A DNA stretch of 42,964 nt from Octopus bimaculoides (Eukaryota). The stretch spans positions 20,215,206 through 20,258,169 of the forward strand of contig NC_068993.1 of assembly GCF_001194135.2 (NCBI RefSeq), read 5' to 3'. Numbering within the stretch: the first letter of the stretch is position 1; each line of letters begins with the position of its first letter. The notes below the pieces were generated by a model. That model was not told the DNA's origin. It saw nothing but the letters and a program-made list of their open reading frames with translations, and made no database searches. This document shows, one piece after another, positions 23,079-34,639 of the stretch. A program made the translations under genes and the position numbers.

Positions 23079-24069
23079 TTATTTAATCCATAAATCTCAT
23101 CACACGTACAATGTCAGGAAAAGGAATTGTCAATTAACTACAGTATTGTGCAAAACAGTGTCTACGTCTATAATTTAGAGTATATAGAAAAAAATTGCCA
23201 TCCAAAGAATAAAGCCCTGAGAAACCACTATCCATCTCATATATCCGAGAATTGTATCTTCTCTTATACATAAAATAGAAATTAAACTAGAATTTACAAC
23301 GTCTTTACCCTACTGAACTTACGATATATGCAAGGACAAATTTTGGATCTCATTCCAAACCCTTGATAAAGATCCTCGTGAAGACTGTATTGTTACCTGC
23401 TGATGAAATTAGGACACTGATGATAACTTATTGCAAAGACCTGAATGTTCAAAAAGACATTTGCAGAATACATATTAGAAAAAAACATTCAGGAGTAACA
23501 CTATACATTCCATAAAATCTTTGCAATAGTAAAACCTGCTGAAGAGTTGAAGAAACTAAAGAACTACATTTATAACAACTTATAAGTTTACAGGTCTTAC
23601 ATATGAGAAATGCTATCGTCCCTAAGAGTGATAAAAAATAAAAAATAAAAACTAGCATCGAAAAGTTCTAACGAAACACGAAACATGATAATGGAAACAT
23701 CACTGAACACATTTGCAGCAAGAAATTATATACAGTTAAATATAAATATAAAATCACCAAAACGATAACTCAGAAAAGAAAAAAAGAAAAACTGACAACA
23801 GGATCAGCAGAACCAGTATATATAGAACTAATTTCAACTCAGTATGTTTCTAACTATACTGAAAAAAAAGTGAGATTAAGTTTCTTAAAAATGCACAAAT
23901 AATTGTAATGATACAAACGACTTTAGCTTAATGTGTCAGAGTATTAAATACGTTTCCTTTCAAAATTATACGATTGAAAGCTTTACCTAAATGGAACCAC
24001 AGAAGAGAGTAATAGCTGTTTATATTTCGCGAAAATCTGGATATTTCGAATGACCTTCATGCATAATGC

Positions 24070-24835
24070 GGATCTTTCTGATTTGGCGGACACCATTTGT
24101 TTTCTCACGAAACACTTTCAAACTTGGGACACTGGTAGAATGTGTCATATAAAACATCTTTTACTCTTAGTGTTGATGAGAAAAGTTTATATTTTTAAGG
24201 TTATTTCGTGTTAAAGTTGTCGTATTTCGGTAATTTCAACCAATCACTGACGTCTATTGAGGTGAAAACAATTACTGCTGTGGTTTGTCAACAACACGTT
24301 GTGGCGGTGTAATGGGATCTTTTCCCTTAAATAAAATTAGTGCCGTTGTTTGTCAACAACAACTATCGGCGGTACTGTTATTTATGACATCATTCGTGCG
24401 TTTGTACTGGTTTTAGCTTTAGGGTTTTAGGGTTAGGGTTTTAGCTTTAGGGTTTTAGGGTTAGGGTTAGGGTTATGAGTATTTTTGCCAAATTTGGTGA
24501 AAATCTGTTCAATACACCGCCACAAATTTTTCACCAAATTCGGCAAAAATATTCATAACCCTAACCCTAAAACCCTAACTCCCTAACCCTAACCCTAAAT
24601 CCCTAACCCGAACTCTAACCACAGCAGTAATTGTTTTCACCTCAATAGACGTCAGTGATTGGTTGAAATTACCGAAATACGACAATTTTTAACATGAAAT
24701 AATTTTGAATATAAACATTTTTCTCTGTTCCATAAGACAAAATATACAAGTATACGAAGTTTGAAAGTGTTTCGGTAGAAAACACACTAAATAAAAACTA
24801 AATAAAAAATGGTGTCCGCCAAATCAGAAAGATCC
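24070..24835. mobile_element. 766-bp non-autonomous foldback DNA transposon with nested inverted repeats and head-to-head telomere-like TTAGGG/CCCTAA tracts
   Basis: Perfect 29-bp TIR GGATCTTTCTGATTTGGCGGACACCATTT (24070-24098; reverse complement 24807-24835); imperfect 8-bp TSD CATAATGC (24062-24069) / CATAAAGC (24836-24843); near-perfect 76-bp inverted repeat 24210-24285 / 24617-24693; (TTAGGG)-like tract 24409-24475, (CCCTAA)-like tract 24556-24620; inner hairpin arms 24473-24503 / 24528-24558. Confidence 0.9.
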
Positions 24836-25164
24836 CATAAAGCGAGAGATGGAGAAAAGCGGACGCGCAAACAAAGAGGTACGTAAACACGAAAGCGAAA
24901 ATATAAAACGAGTGTGTCCGCCTCCAACTCTTAATATACATATTTACGACTGACATCAACTCAGCAAATAAACAGATGAATAAATAAATGAAATTAATGT
25001 CACTGTTCCAGTCACGTAGAGAAGGTCGAGAAAATGTAAGGCGTAGACTAACAAGGAGGGCAGCAATAAACAACCGTAACCGCAGCAACACCCGACTAAA
25101 ATGTCATATTACAAGTCAGTAACAATTTGGTTTGTTTCCCGCCATTTGATTCTGCACATTTTAT

Positions 25165-25192
25165 TAACTGACTACACAGCTTTCTTTTTCAG
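25165..25192 (+). promoter_or_regulatory. Canonical 3' splice-site signal (branch point, polypyrimidine tract, CAG)
   Basis: CTGAC at 25168-25172, TTTCTTTTT then CAG ending at 25192. Confidence 0.35.
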
Positions 25193-25597
25193 GATGACAA
25201 CGGCTACATCGTATATGTCCAGACATAGAGTGTTAAATTTTAAATTGTTTCGAAAATTTTCCGTCGATTGAGTTCATTAAAAAAGTCTCACCCATTTTAT
25301 CATTGTGAATTATTTTTTCACTTGAAACTTTACATTATTTAACGTATTTATACGGTGGAAAAAATGGTGGCATAGAAATGTTGTCTTTCATTCAGTAACG
25401 TCTTATATTCCAAATTTTAATTTTTATTTTTAAACAGTTGATTTAATCAAGGGCATAGTTTCTATTTAAACGTGCATACTTCTGTGCATATTATTGTGAC
25501 CCCCATTATTTTCAAAAAGTTGTAGATTAGCAGACGTAATAGCTTTGTGGTACGTAGCTCAATCCCTTTACGTTTTGATTCCAATATTCTCCAGGCT

Positions 25598-25815
25598 GCA
25601 AGGTGGCGAGCTAACAGAATCGTTAGCACACCAGGCAAAACGTTTAATCGTATTTTGTCCGTCTTTACGTTCTGAGCTCAAATGCCACCGAGGTTGACTT
25701 TACCTTTCATCTTTTCGAGGTCGATAAAATAAGTACCAGTTGAGCATTGGGATCGATGTAATCGATTTAACCCCTCCAACGAAATTGCTGGCCTTGTGCT
25801 AAAATTTGAAACCAA
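25598..25815 (+). mobile_element. Full-length SINE A2
   Basis: AAGGTGGCGAGCTAACAGAATCGTTAGC...GGCCTTGTGCTAAAATTTGAAA; imperfect TSD CCAATATTCTCCAGGCTG / CCAATAGTCTCCAGGTTG. Confidence 0.85.
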
Positions 25816-26139
25816 TAGTCTCCAGGTTGAGTCTATGCGCTTTGTCCCATCTGGTGATAATGAAATAAGTACCAGTCATGTACTGAGTCAACAGACCCCA
25901 CTGTGAATGGGAGGTGATGTTGGCTCAGAAGTAGTTTGAACTCAAAAGAAGCCAACGCTAAAGCAACGGTAATTGTTTCGCCTCTTCGCGCTCCGGGGTT
26001 AATTTTACCTTTTATCTTGTCGGGGTCGATATAAGAGAATCAATCCAGGGTAAATGAGCTGGCGGAAGTCTAAGAACGTCGGATCAGATACCTAGCCATA
26101 TTTATTCCGGCTCTTTGTTTTTATGAGAACAAATGGCTT

Positions 26140-26275
26140 GCGGCTTGCTTGGGTACTTGGTTGGTAGACTTAACCCGTCATCTGGATTAGTTCTACCAGC
26201 TGGTACCTTAGGCGCCTTTAGCAGATTCCACTCTGTTGAAGCATTCGGTCCAAGTTTCCGGTTCGAAGATACTCA
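26140..26275 (-). repeat. Family F copy
   Basis: Reverse complement CTTCGAACCGGAAACTTGGACCGAATGCTTCAACAGAGTGG...GATGACGGGTTAAGTCTACCAACCAAG. Confidence 0.5.
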
Positions 26276-26379
26276 ACTCTCTTTCCTTACAACAGTGCTG
26301 GAGGCCTTATAACGGGTCATGGACTTCCCCTCCCCCTCCCCACCTACCTTAAGTAATATATATATGTGGTGGAATATCG

Positions 26380-26617
26380 CATAAACGATTTGTTTATAGT
26401 GATCAAATGCATGTGCTGTACATTAGGTCACTCACTCCATCAGATGGACGTTGCCTGAACAGGGCACGGTGTACCACAAGTCAAATGTTGAAGTCATCGC
26501 AAAGCAACGTGAGATGAAGCGTTATTGCCCAAGAACACAACATGCCACCTGGTCAAAGAGTCGAAACCACGGTTTTGCAATCGTGAATGCAACTCTGTAA
26601 CCACAAGACCATGCACC
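26380..26617 (-). mobile_element. tRNA-headed SINE family D (related to C in its head)
   Basis: Reverse complement GGTGCATGGTCTTGTGGTTACAG...GGTTTCGACTC (A/B boxes), TGTGTTCTTGGGCAA...CTTCATCTCACGTTGCT; body differs from family C. Confidence 0.55.
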
Positions 26618-27354
26618 CCATCAAACCCACACACACACTCACTCATTCACTCACACACACAAAGCCAGGAATAAACGGTTGTACTGCCTTGTATTGCAAA
26701 AGTTTAAGTGAGTTATTAAACTTAAATGTGTCACAGTTAGTACCGCAAGTTTGGTCGATAGAATAACTTTGCATTGCTTACTAGTCTCGGTCGTTGGGTT
26801 GCGGCCATACTGGAACACAGTCTTCTTTACGCGTTGAGATACAATTAAATTATTCACAAGCTTCACAAAATATTAGGCTTCTGTAATAATAATCTGATCA
26901 CCTTTCATTGTGATGAGAAATTTATAACAGCCGAAGTTGCATCTCAAACCTTGGGCTTCAGAGCAAGAGAATATTTCGGCCCTGAAAAGTTGCTAAACCT
27001 ATATAAGGCACATTAGCATACTGCTTACTTAACTGAGAGGGAGACGGAGGAAGCAGGAGGAAGAGAGAGAGGTGGGGAGCAGCAAGATGAGGCGCATACA
27101 CATGCATACGCAAGTATTTAAGAACGCACCAATCATTTGACTGGTTAGCAAACCTTCACTCCCTCATAATATATCACAATTAGCCAACCGACGTGCTGTC
27201 TATCTCTCTCTCTCTCTCTTCTTCCCTTATCACAATGGTTTATTTTCATCTATACGAGCAAGTCGTTATACCACCTGATTCGCCCGCCTTTTTCTTTTCA
27301 CGTCATTCTCCACCATTACGTCTCGCACACCCAAATCAGTTGCTAAATAATTGT

Positions 27355-27750
27355 TTCTAAATAGGCACAAGGTCTGCAATTTGGAAATGGGGTCTAGTTG
27401 ATTGACTCCAGTACTTGACTGGGACTTTACTTTGTCGAGCCCGAAAGAATCAAAGGAAAAGACGACCTGCGCCTAAATTGAACTCAGAATATGAAAAGGC
27501 CCAGAAAACGTCACTAAACATTTTAACCGAGGTGCTAACGAATTTGCCTGCTCACCACTTTTCAATTATTAAATAGACCTTTCTACTGTAGGCACAAGGT
27601 CTGAAGTTTTAGGGAAAGAGACTAATTGATTACATTGACCCCAGTGCTCAACCGGCACTTATTTATCGATCCCAAAGGATGAAGAGCAAAGTCGCCCTCG
27701 GCGAAATTTGAAACGGCGCAGTAACAACTGTGCTAGCTCGTCACCTTTCA
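27355..27750 (-). mobile_element. Two degenerate SINE A2 copies, minus strand, tandem
   Basis: TAGGCACAAGGTCTG...AAATTGAACTCAGAA...GTGCTAACG (27355-27560) and CTTTCTACTGTAGGCACAAGGTCTG...CCCTCGGCGAAATTTGAA (27580-27750). Confidence 0.75.
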
Positions 27751-27911
27751 GTTGCTAAATAATGAATTCTACTTACCTCTAAAATTACAAAGACTTGAAA
27801 ACTCCCTACCTATTGATGACCCACCTTTTACAACTAAGATACATGTTATTGCAGAACACTTTCATACTCTCATTATAAGCTTCTTATAACGGGCAGATGC
27901 AATATTTTACA

Positions 27912-28140
27912 CGGCGAGCTGGCAGAAACGTTAGCACGCCGGGTGAAATGCTTAGCGGTATTTCGTCTGCTGTTACGTTCTGAGTTCAAATTCCGCCGAG
28001 GTCGACTTTGCCTTTTATCCTTTCGGGGTCGATAAATTAAGAACCAGTTACGCACTGGGGTCGATTTAATCTACTTAATCCCTTTGTCTGTCCTTGTTTG
28101 TCCCCTCTATGTTTAGCCCCTTGTGAGCAATAAAGAAATA
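27912..28140 (+). mobile_element. Young full-length SINE A1
   Basis: Nearly identical to 1508-1734; 17-bp TSD AGATGCAATATTTTACA (27895-27911) / AGATGTAATATTTTACA (28141-28157). Confidence 0.92.
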
Positions 28141-28189
28141 AGATGTAATATTTTACATATCATCAGGCAGCATATATTTGTTGAAGATA

Positions 28190-28410
28190 GATTGGCAGAA
28201 TCCTTAGTGTCATGAACAATGTTTATCATCTTCCGACTCTTAACATTCCGAGTTCAAATCCCACTGAGAGCAACTTTGCCTTTCCTTCCTCCAGGGGGTT
28301 TGATAGAATAAAAATAAAGCATCAGTCAAGAACTGGGCAAGAAGCGTAGGAACAGACTAATCCCCTCCCTTTCCTAAAAAATAGCTGACTTTGCACCTAA
28401 ATAAGAAAAA
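28190..28410 (+). mobile_element. Degenerate SINE A2
   Basis: TTGGCAGAATCCTTAG...CGAGTTCAAATCCC...CTTTGCCTTTCCTTCC...GACTTTGCACCTAAA. Confidence 0.65.
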
Positions 28411-28818
28411 TATTGGCTTACAGTAATATTTTTGGCGCCAGAGAAACGAACAAAAGGAAAACACTTTTGCTTTTTAATAGAATAACATAAATTTAACTGG
28501 CAAGTTGATCCACGAGAAACTGTCTTGGTCCTATATTATATCGGTGCTCATGACAAAAATATTAGACAGCGTCGAATGCATAATAAGGTTAAAATACAAG
28601 TATGCCACGTTATTTGTTAGTACAAATGTGATAGGATATCTTATATCCTTATTAAGAGCCAGATTATGTATCAGTTAAATATGCAAAGTGACAAGGGGCC
28701 TACGAAAATGTGAGGGCATTACGAACGAAAACTGTTTGTCAGTTCAACATTTTTATTTAATAGCTTTTGTCATTGGATTCAGCTATACAGGGCCACTGCC
28801 TTGAAGGTTGGTTTAAAA

Positions 28819-29084
28819 CAGCAGTTCTCAAATGGGGGCCATATGGCCCTTAGGGATCCAAATAAGATTTTGTTGTTAAAATTTATCTGCAATAAATTGG
28901 CTATACTTCTACAATACACAAAATGTTTTAACAGTTTTCTGATACAGTTCTTAATAATATTTAATTATAAAAATGTAATGAGATTTTTTTTAAACATCGA
29001 ATGGTTATGAGGGCCCACCCGAGTAAAACGAGAATCAAAGGCGTTCATAGGTTAAAAATTTTTTTAAAGGGTTGAGAACCACTT
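28819..29084. mobile_element. hAT-type MITE
   Basis: TIRs CAGCAGTTCTCAA / TTGAGAACCACTT; 8-bp TSD GTTTAAAA (28811-28818) / GTCTAAAA (29085-29092); interior homologous in reverse to 34693-34936. CAG-start TIRs with an 8-bp TSD are characteristic of hAT. Confidence 0.8.
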
Positions 29085-29094
29085 GTCTAAAAGG

Positions 29095-29190
29095 TCGAAC
29101 AAACCGAGCCTGTACTTATTTTATCGGGTACGTTTGCCGAATCACTAGTTACTGGAACATGCCTAAACGAACACCGGTCACAGAGAGGTT

Positions 29191-29225
<35 letters not shown>

Positions 29226-29330
29226 TATAGATACCCGACGGGTTTCTTTTAATTTTCGCAAACCAAATCCACTCACATAGCCTTGGTCGACCCGGGGCTA
29301 TAGCAGAAGACACTTGCCCAGGGTGCCGCT
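29095..29330 (-). mobile_element. SINE family B fragment (minus) with internal (CT)n(CA)n
   Basis: CCAAATCCACTCACATAGCCTTGGTCGACCCGGGGCTATAGCAGAAGACACTTGCCCAGGGTGCC is the reverse of the B CORE-like segment. Confidence 0.8.
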
Positions 29331-29929
29331 TAGTATTTCATAAATAACTTGCCCATCTATGGTGATCGATAATTTTAATAAAATTTACAATCAATAAAGC
29401 ATTTTTCATTTTCGATTTTGATTGTAAAAAGAAGAGGTTTTGACTTTAACATGTTTCGATTCGTCATTATTCGAAGTGCCCCGTGGTTGAGTGTTGAGGC
29501 GTTGCTTCCTTTGTTCTAAACTAATGCAAAAAAAGAAAAAAAGAAGCGCGATGAAGTTTGCGAACGCTAATACGTTTGTACACAGCTATTGGTTGAAAGT
29601 AAGGCAGTGTATGCTGATGGTTGACATGTTATGTAGACACCGGGACGGTTGTTTAATCAATGTAGGACTTGGGCTAAATTTGCTTGCTGAATTCTCGTTT
29701 GTAGTAAGTACGGTGGTTTATTTTACAAAATGTATTTAGAGTAGTTTCGAAATAAAATCCAGAATGTGAATTTTGGCGCCCTTCTCACATTCTGTTTGGT
29801 ATCACCGTTTATTTCACCATTGTTCCATTTTAGTATATATATATGCACACACACATATACATATACTAGGACACCATTTGCATAGAGATAAAGGGAACCA
29901 AATACAATCCCTCAGAAAATGAGTCAACG

Positions 29930-30220
29930 TGAGAACGTCTGTGGTTGCTCGACGTGTAGAAATTGCAGCCAAATCACACTTTAACATCTTAAAAATAAAC
30001 CTTTGTTAAAGTGGTTCTCAGTTCCCTGCACAAAAGGAAAGTCTAGGCATAATCCATCAGGGTTAAGCAACATGTAGGAGAAAAAATGACGGGATGTTAA
30101 TAGACATGACAAGTCTAATTGGTCTAAAAGCTAGCATCTGTATGAAATAATTCAGCTTTCTTAGTCACGGATAGCACACCTTTGATCATGCGTCGGCTTG
30201 ATCAGAGTTGACCTGATGCT
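29930..30220 (+). repeat. Family E copy
   Basis: GTGGTTGCTCGACGTGTAGAAATTGCAGCCAAATC...AAAAAATGACGGGATG...GATCAGAGTTGACCTGA. Confidence 0.5.
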
Positions 30221-31876
30221 ATTCTCTTACTTATGGCTGCCGAGGCAATTTTTTGCGACTAGTCCCATCTAGTAAGTTTGGGCTACTGATACTAGGTATG
30301 CACGGTGTATGGAAAAGAACTGAAGACTAATCAAACCTACACAATTCTTTTTGCTTTGTTTCGGTAGCACAGTAGGCAATGTGTCAGTTTGATATTTTAT
30401 TTTAAGTAAGATAAATTTTGCCCTTTATTTTTTTTGATTTTTTTTCCCTTTTTGCTGATATGGTGGGGGTACAAAATAAAATGCCTATTTAGGGTTGTAT
30501 TAGACTAGCGGAATTGTTAGACCGTTGGACAAGATGCCTTGTGTTTTAAGGGTAGAAGACTTATTCCGGTTTTGGCTCCGCCATCTGGTCTTTATGCGCG
30601 TTGCCTTTAATAGAGTTCACTTTGTGGCTATCATTCCTGCCAGGTCTCTGGCTCGAGGATAATTTTCTGCCACCAGACTCGGAGGTCTTGGACAAAATAA
30701 AGTGTCACGGGTGCTACTGTGTGCGACTAAACGGCAAAACATAATGTGCTCGTCTTTGATGGGGTGGGGGCATGGTTTGAGGGAAATTTAGCTTCTCTTT
30801 CTAGTAGGGAAGTTGAATGCAATGAGAGGCCCTTCCACTATTTGGTCTCGGTAGCGCTGCAGGGAGTGCGTCATTCCAAATTATCTATATTAAGTGAGGG
30901 TATGTGTATGTGTATTGACATGTAAAGGGTGGATATCAAGCTCCCTTTGTTTGCATTCTCGAAACTTATACCAACACTCTGCAAGCACGTTGGCACCGAG
31001 ACGTATTATCTAAGTTGCAAACACGTTTTCTGTTTACGTTTTCTGTTGCCAGCCCTTCGCTGCCACATCCATTTGTTTAATTCTCAGTCAGCTGAGATCA
31101 GGGCACAACCAACAAGTTATCTCCACCCATTGAACAAGAGGCCCGAACCAAAATAAAAAGAATAAAATAGTAATAATAATTATAAAAATAGATTTAAAAA
31201 AAAGAAAAAGGGAAAAGCAGGCGAACAAACGAAGCAGGGGAGTAAGTAAATGACACGCACGGGGTTATGGGAGATTATAGCAAGCTAGCGNNNNNNNNNN
31301 NNNNNNNNNNNNNNNNNNNNNNNNNNNNNNNNNNNNNNNNNNNNNNNNNNNNNNNNNNNNNNNNNNNNNNNNNNNNNNNNNNNNNNNNNNNNNNNNNNNN
31401 NNNNNNNNNNNNNNNNNNNNNNNNNNNNNNNNNNNNNNNNNNNNNNNNNNNNNNNNNNNNNNNNNNNNNNNNNNNNNNNNNNNNNNNNNNNNNNNNNNNN
31501 NNNNNNNNNNNNNNNNNNNNNNNNNNNNNNNNNNNNNNNNNNNNNNNNNNNNNNNNNNNNNNNNNNNNNNNNNNNNNNNNNNNNNNNNNNNNNNNNNNNN
31601 NNNNNNNNNNNNNNNNNNNNNNNNNNNNNNNNNNNNNNNNNNNNNNNNNNNNNNNNNNNNNNNNNNNNNNNNNNNNNNNNNNNNNNNNNNNNNNNNNNNN
31701 NNNNNNNNNNNNNNNNNNNNNNNNNNNNNNNNNNNNNNNNNNNNNNNNNNNNNNNNNNNNNNNNNNNNNNNNNNNNNNNNNNNNNNNNNNNNNNNNNNNN
31801 NNNNNNNNNNNNNNNNNNNNNNNNNNNNNNNNNNNNNNNNNNNNNNNNNNNNNNNNNNNNNNNNNNNNNNNNNNNN

Positions 31877-32010
31877 AGGTATTTTCTTTAACGACCCCGA
31901 AGGATAAAAGGTAAGCTGGACTTCGGCGGAATTTGAACTCAAGAATACCGTAACAAACACTGCAAGGCATTCTATCAGGCACTTAAACGATTCTGCTAAT
32001 GCTCCGCCGA
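31877..32010 (-). mobile_element. SINE A fragment adjacent to N gap
   Basis: ACGACCCCAGAAGGATAAAAGG...CTTCGGCGGAATTTGAACTCAAG...AACGATTCTGCT. Confidence 0.75.
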
Positions 32011-33419
32011 AGAAATTACAAATGCCTCAGCATAGAACAGAATTAAAATAGACATGAATATTGTGAAATATCAAATTGATGTTTAGAGCATATATTGTCT
32101 TGCTGTGTAACGAAACATTAGGATAGACACCATGTTCTCGTCAGAAAAGCAGTGTTTCCCATAAGTTCATAAAATGTTCTTAACTCTTCATCAGAGTTTC
32201 GTTAACTCCTGGACAGTGTGATGCAAAAGGAATATTCGCTCCAACAGGAAACTAATTTGCATATTCGTCGAAGTTCAGAAACAACTTGTATACCAACTGC
32301 GCATGAACATTAAAAGAACAAAACATTGTACCAAATTATACTTAAATGTTCAAAACCTTTCTTTTTTTATGTAGAATGAAACATTAGGCTGTATCCTACA
32401 TTCCCGCCAGCAAGATATACACAAGTCCTCGTCAAACTCAATACATGCAAATTCACCAGCATCGGAGTTAAGGACCATATTTTTATAAGCTGTTTCTTCT
32501 CAGTATCACGGCAATCGGAGTCAAGTGAATTCAAACGAAGGTTTAGAATAGTCTAAAACTTCTTTCAGTACCTCGTATCTTGTTGCTTTCTGTCCAACAC
32601 CATGTATCGTGTTCTTGAGAATATCTCCGAATTACGTTCCACGACAGGACTCATTAGATGCATATTAAATAAGCTATGCGTTTATAATAAAGTGCTTTGG
32701 TAAACTTCTTGTTTTGGTTTAGAGAAATACACTTTGAAATGCAACAGGTGAAGTATGCTTAGTAATTATTATTAATAAAAGTGTTTCCGGAACGTGGTTT
32801 GATTGGCCGTGAAATAGTCTTTATTTGGAGAAATGAATGCTCGACTTGCGAAAAAGAAAATAGCAGCCAAATCTTCCCTCAAGTTACACCCTTCCACTTT
32901 CGCTATATACATACACACACACATATATATATATATATTACACCCCCAAAACTCTAACAACTGGCTTAGTGGTCGAGATGGAGTGTTGAGCTAATGATTA
33001 CAGGGTACTGGGTACCATTTTTGAACCGGGTGGCATGTGGTTTCCTCATGCAAAGTTCATCGTTTCGTGTTGTTCTAATCTACTTTCTGAAAAAGGAGTA
33101 CCAGCCTCGTGCTGATACTGCTTTCTCTCCTCCTCGAAATGTCGCATCCTTGTTGGATCAAAGAGGGGAGGAGGCTGAGGATCTGTCGATATATGCTCAC
33201 GACTGCTACAAGCCACCAGGGTATACTCGCTCGCAAGTGACGGCTATACTTGACGCTTGTGACACATGATATACAGAGAGAAGGGATGGCCGTAGCTGGA
33301 ATATGTTTGACCATAGGTCTGCTCACTGAATGCTGAAGGGGGCTAAGCATTAACATTTACGAGGCAAAGCAAACAGGAAAGAAATAACTGCCACCAATAT
33401 GTTTGAAACCTAATTATCG

Positions 33420-33645
33420 GTGTTGCTGCTTAGCTCCCATCTCATTCCAAATTACCATTAACTGAACAAATTAATAATGAGAGACATTCTAGCAATGACC
33501 ATCCCGACGTATTTCGGATATAAAATATCTAGGATTACATTATCCACTAAGGGTTTTATTTTGTTTTATGTTAAGGTGTGATTTGAAGGAGATTTAGCTG
33601 CTATGTTTATTTATAGCAGGGTGAACGACCAAACAGATGCCTCCC
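33420..33645 (-). repeat. Family E, one of the more complete copies
   Basis: GTTGCTGCTTAGCTCCC...ATTCTAGCAATGACCATCCCG...GGATTACATTATCCA...GGTGTGATTTGAAGGAGATTTAGCTGCTAT. Confidence 0.55.
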
Positions 33646-34192
33646 TGTTTGATAAACTGTTATCTATGTAAAACAGCTAGGCTAACTGATGTTATTGTAG
33701 GGGAAATGTTTGTTGTTATGTAGGGTAATGTTTTGTTTAGAAGCTCAGTGAAAATGCTTGCAGTGATTTTTTTAATGCAAACACAAGGATTTGACAATAA
33801 AATACTTCACCGGTTGACTCAAGATCGATGCAGAAAGAATAATATGTTGATAAAACTTGAAAATATATTTTTTAAAAGTAAATAAACACAATGATTCTGA
33901 ATGTTACGAATTTTCAGATTTGAAGAAGAAAGGTAACGGGGAAACAGCATTTTTCATGGCTTTCTTATGTTTCCACCTTTTTGGAAGGCCATTACAGATA
34001 TCAGAAAGCAAAAGACTGCTAACGTCTGTAATCCAAACAGGGTCACGAATTCCACTGGTCTCCAATTCGCCTGCGATTCCCTTTCCGACTCTCTTAACCC
34101 TTTGCCTGTACTCTGTATTCCATTTGATACGCTAGACATATTTCACTGTATCATATATGATACACATTCCCAATATATTTAACAACCATCAG

Positions 34193-34410
34193 AAGGCGTC
34201 GATCCGGTAGAATCATTTGCACGCCGGGCAAAATGCTTAATGGTATTCCGTCCGTCTTTACGTTCTGGGTTCAAATTCCGCTAAGGTCGACTTGGCCTTT
34301 CATCCTTTCGAGTCGATAAAGTAAGTACGAGTTGATCACTGGGGTCAATATAGTCGACTTAACTACTCCCCCGAATTTGCTGGCATTGTGCCAAAATTTG
34401 AAATCAATAT
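34193..34410 (+). mobile_element. SINE A2
   Basis: AAGGCG...GAATCATTTGCACGCCGGGCAAAATGC...GGGTTCAAATTCCGC...GGCATTGTGCCAAAATTTGAAA; imperfect flanking repeat ending CAACCATCAGA. Confidence 0.8.
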
Positions 34411-34639
34411 TTTCAACCATCAGAGCAACTTAGGACTCATAGAAGGAATGCTTCATGTTAATCAGAAGGGCTAACTCAAGTCTGGAAGCAGGCATGGAAG
34501 TTTAGGACAAACTTACGAAAATCCTTTGAACATGCAACGATTCATTAAAAAAATAATATTACATGGGTATAGTCTTTATTTGTTTTTAAAGTGTACAAGT
34601 TTGTCTTCTGTAATAATTCCATTTACATGTTTGGTGCCT

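Noticed and set aside
24409-24620. Head-to-head telomere repeats as an ancient chromosome fusion point
   Set aside because: The tracts are short, degenerate and enclosed symmetrically within TIRs and a TSD, which is better explained as part of a mobile element
24798-25091. Hydrophobic 97-aa ORF resembling a signal-peptide membrane protein
   Set aside because: Non-ATG start, runs into the transposon TIR, and hydrophobicity is explained by T-rich composition in several frames
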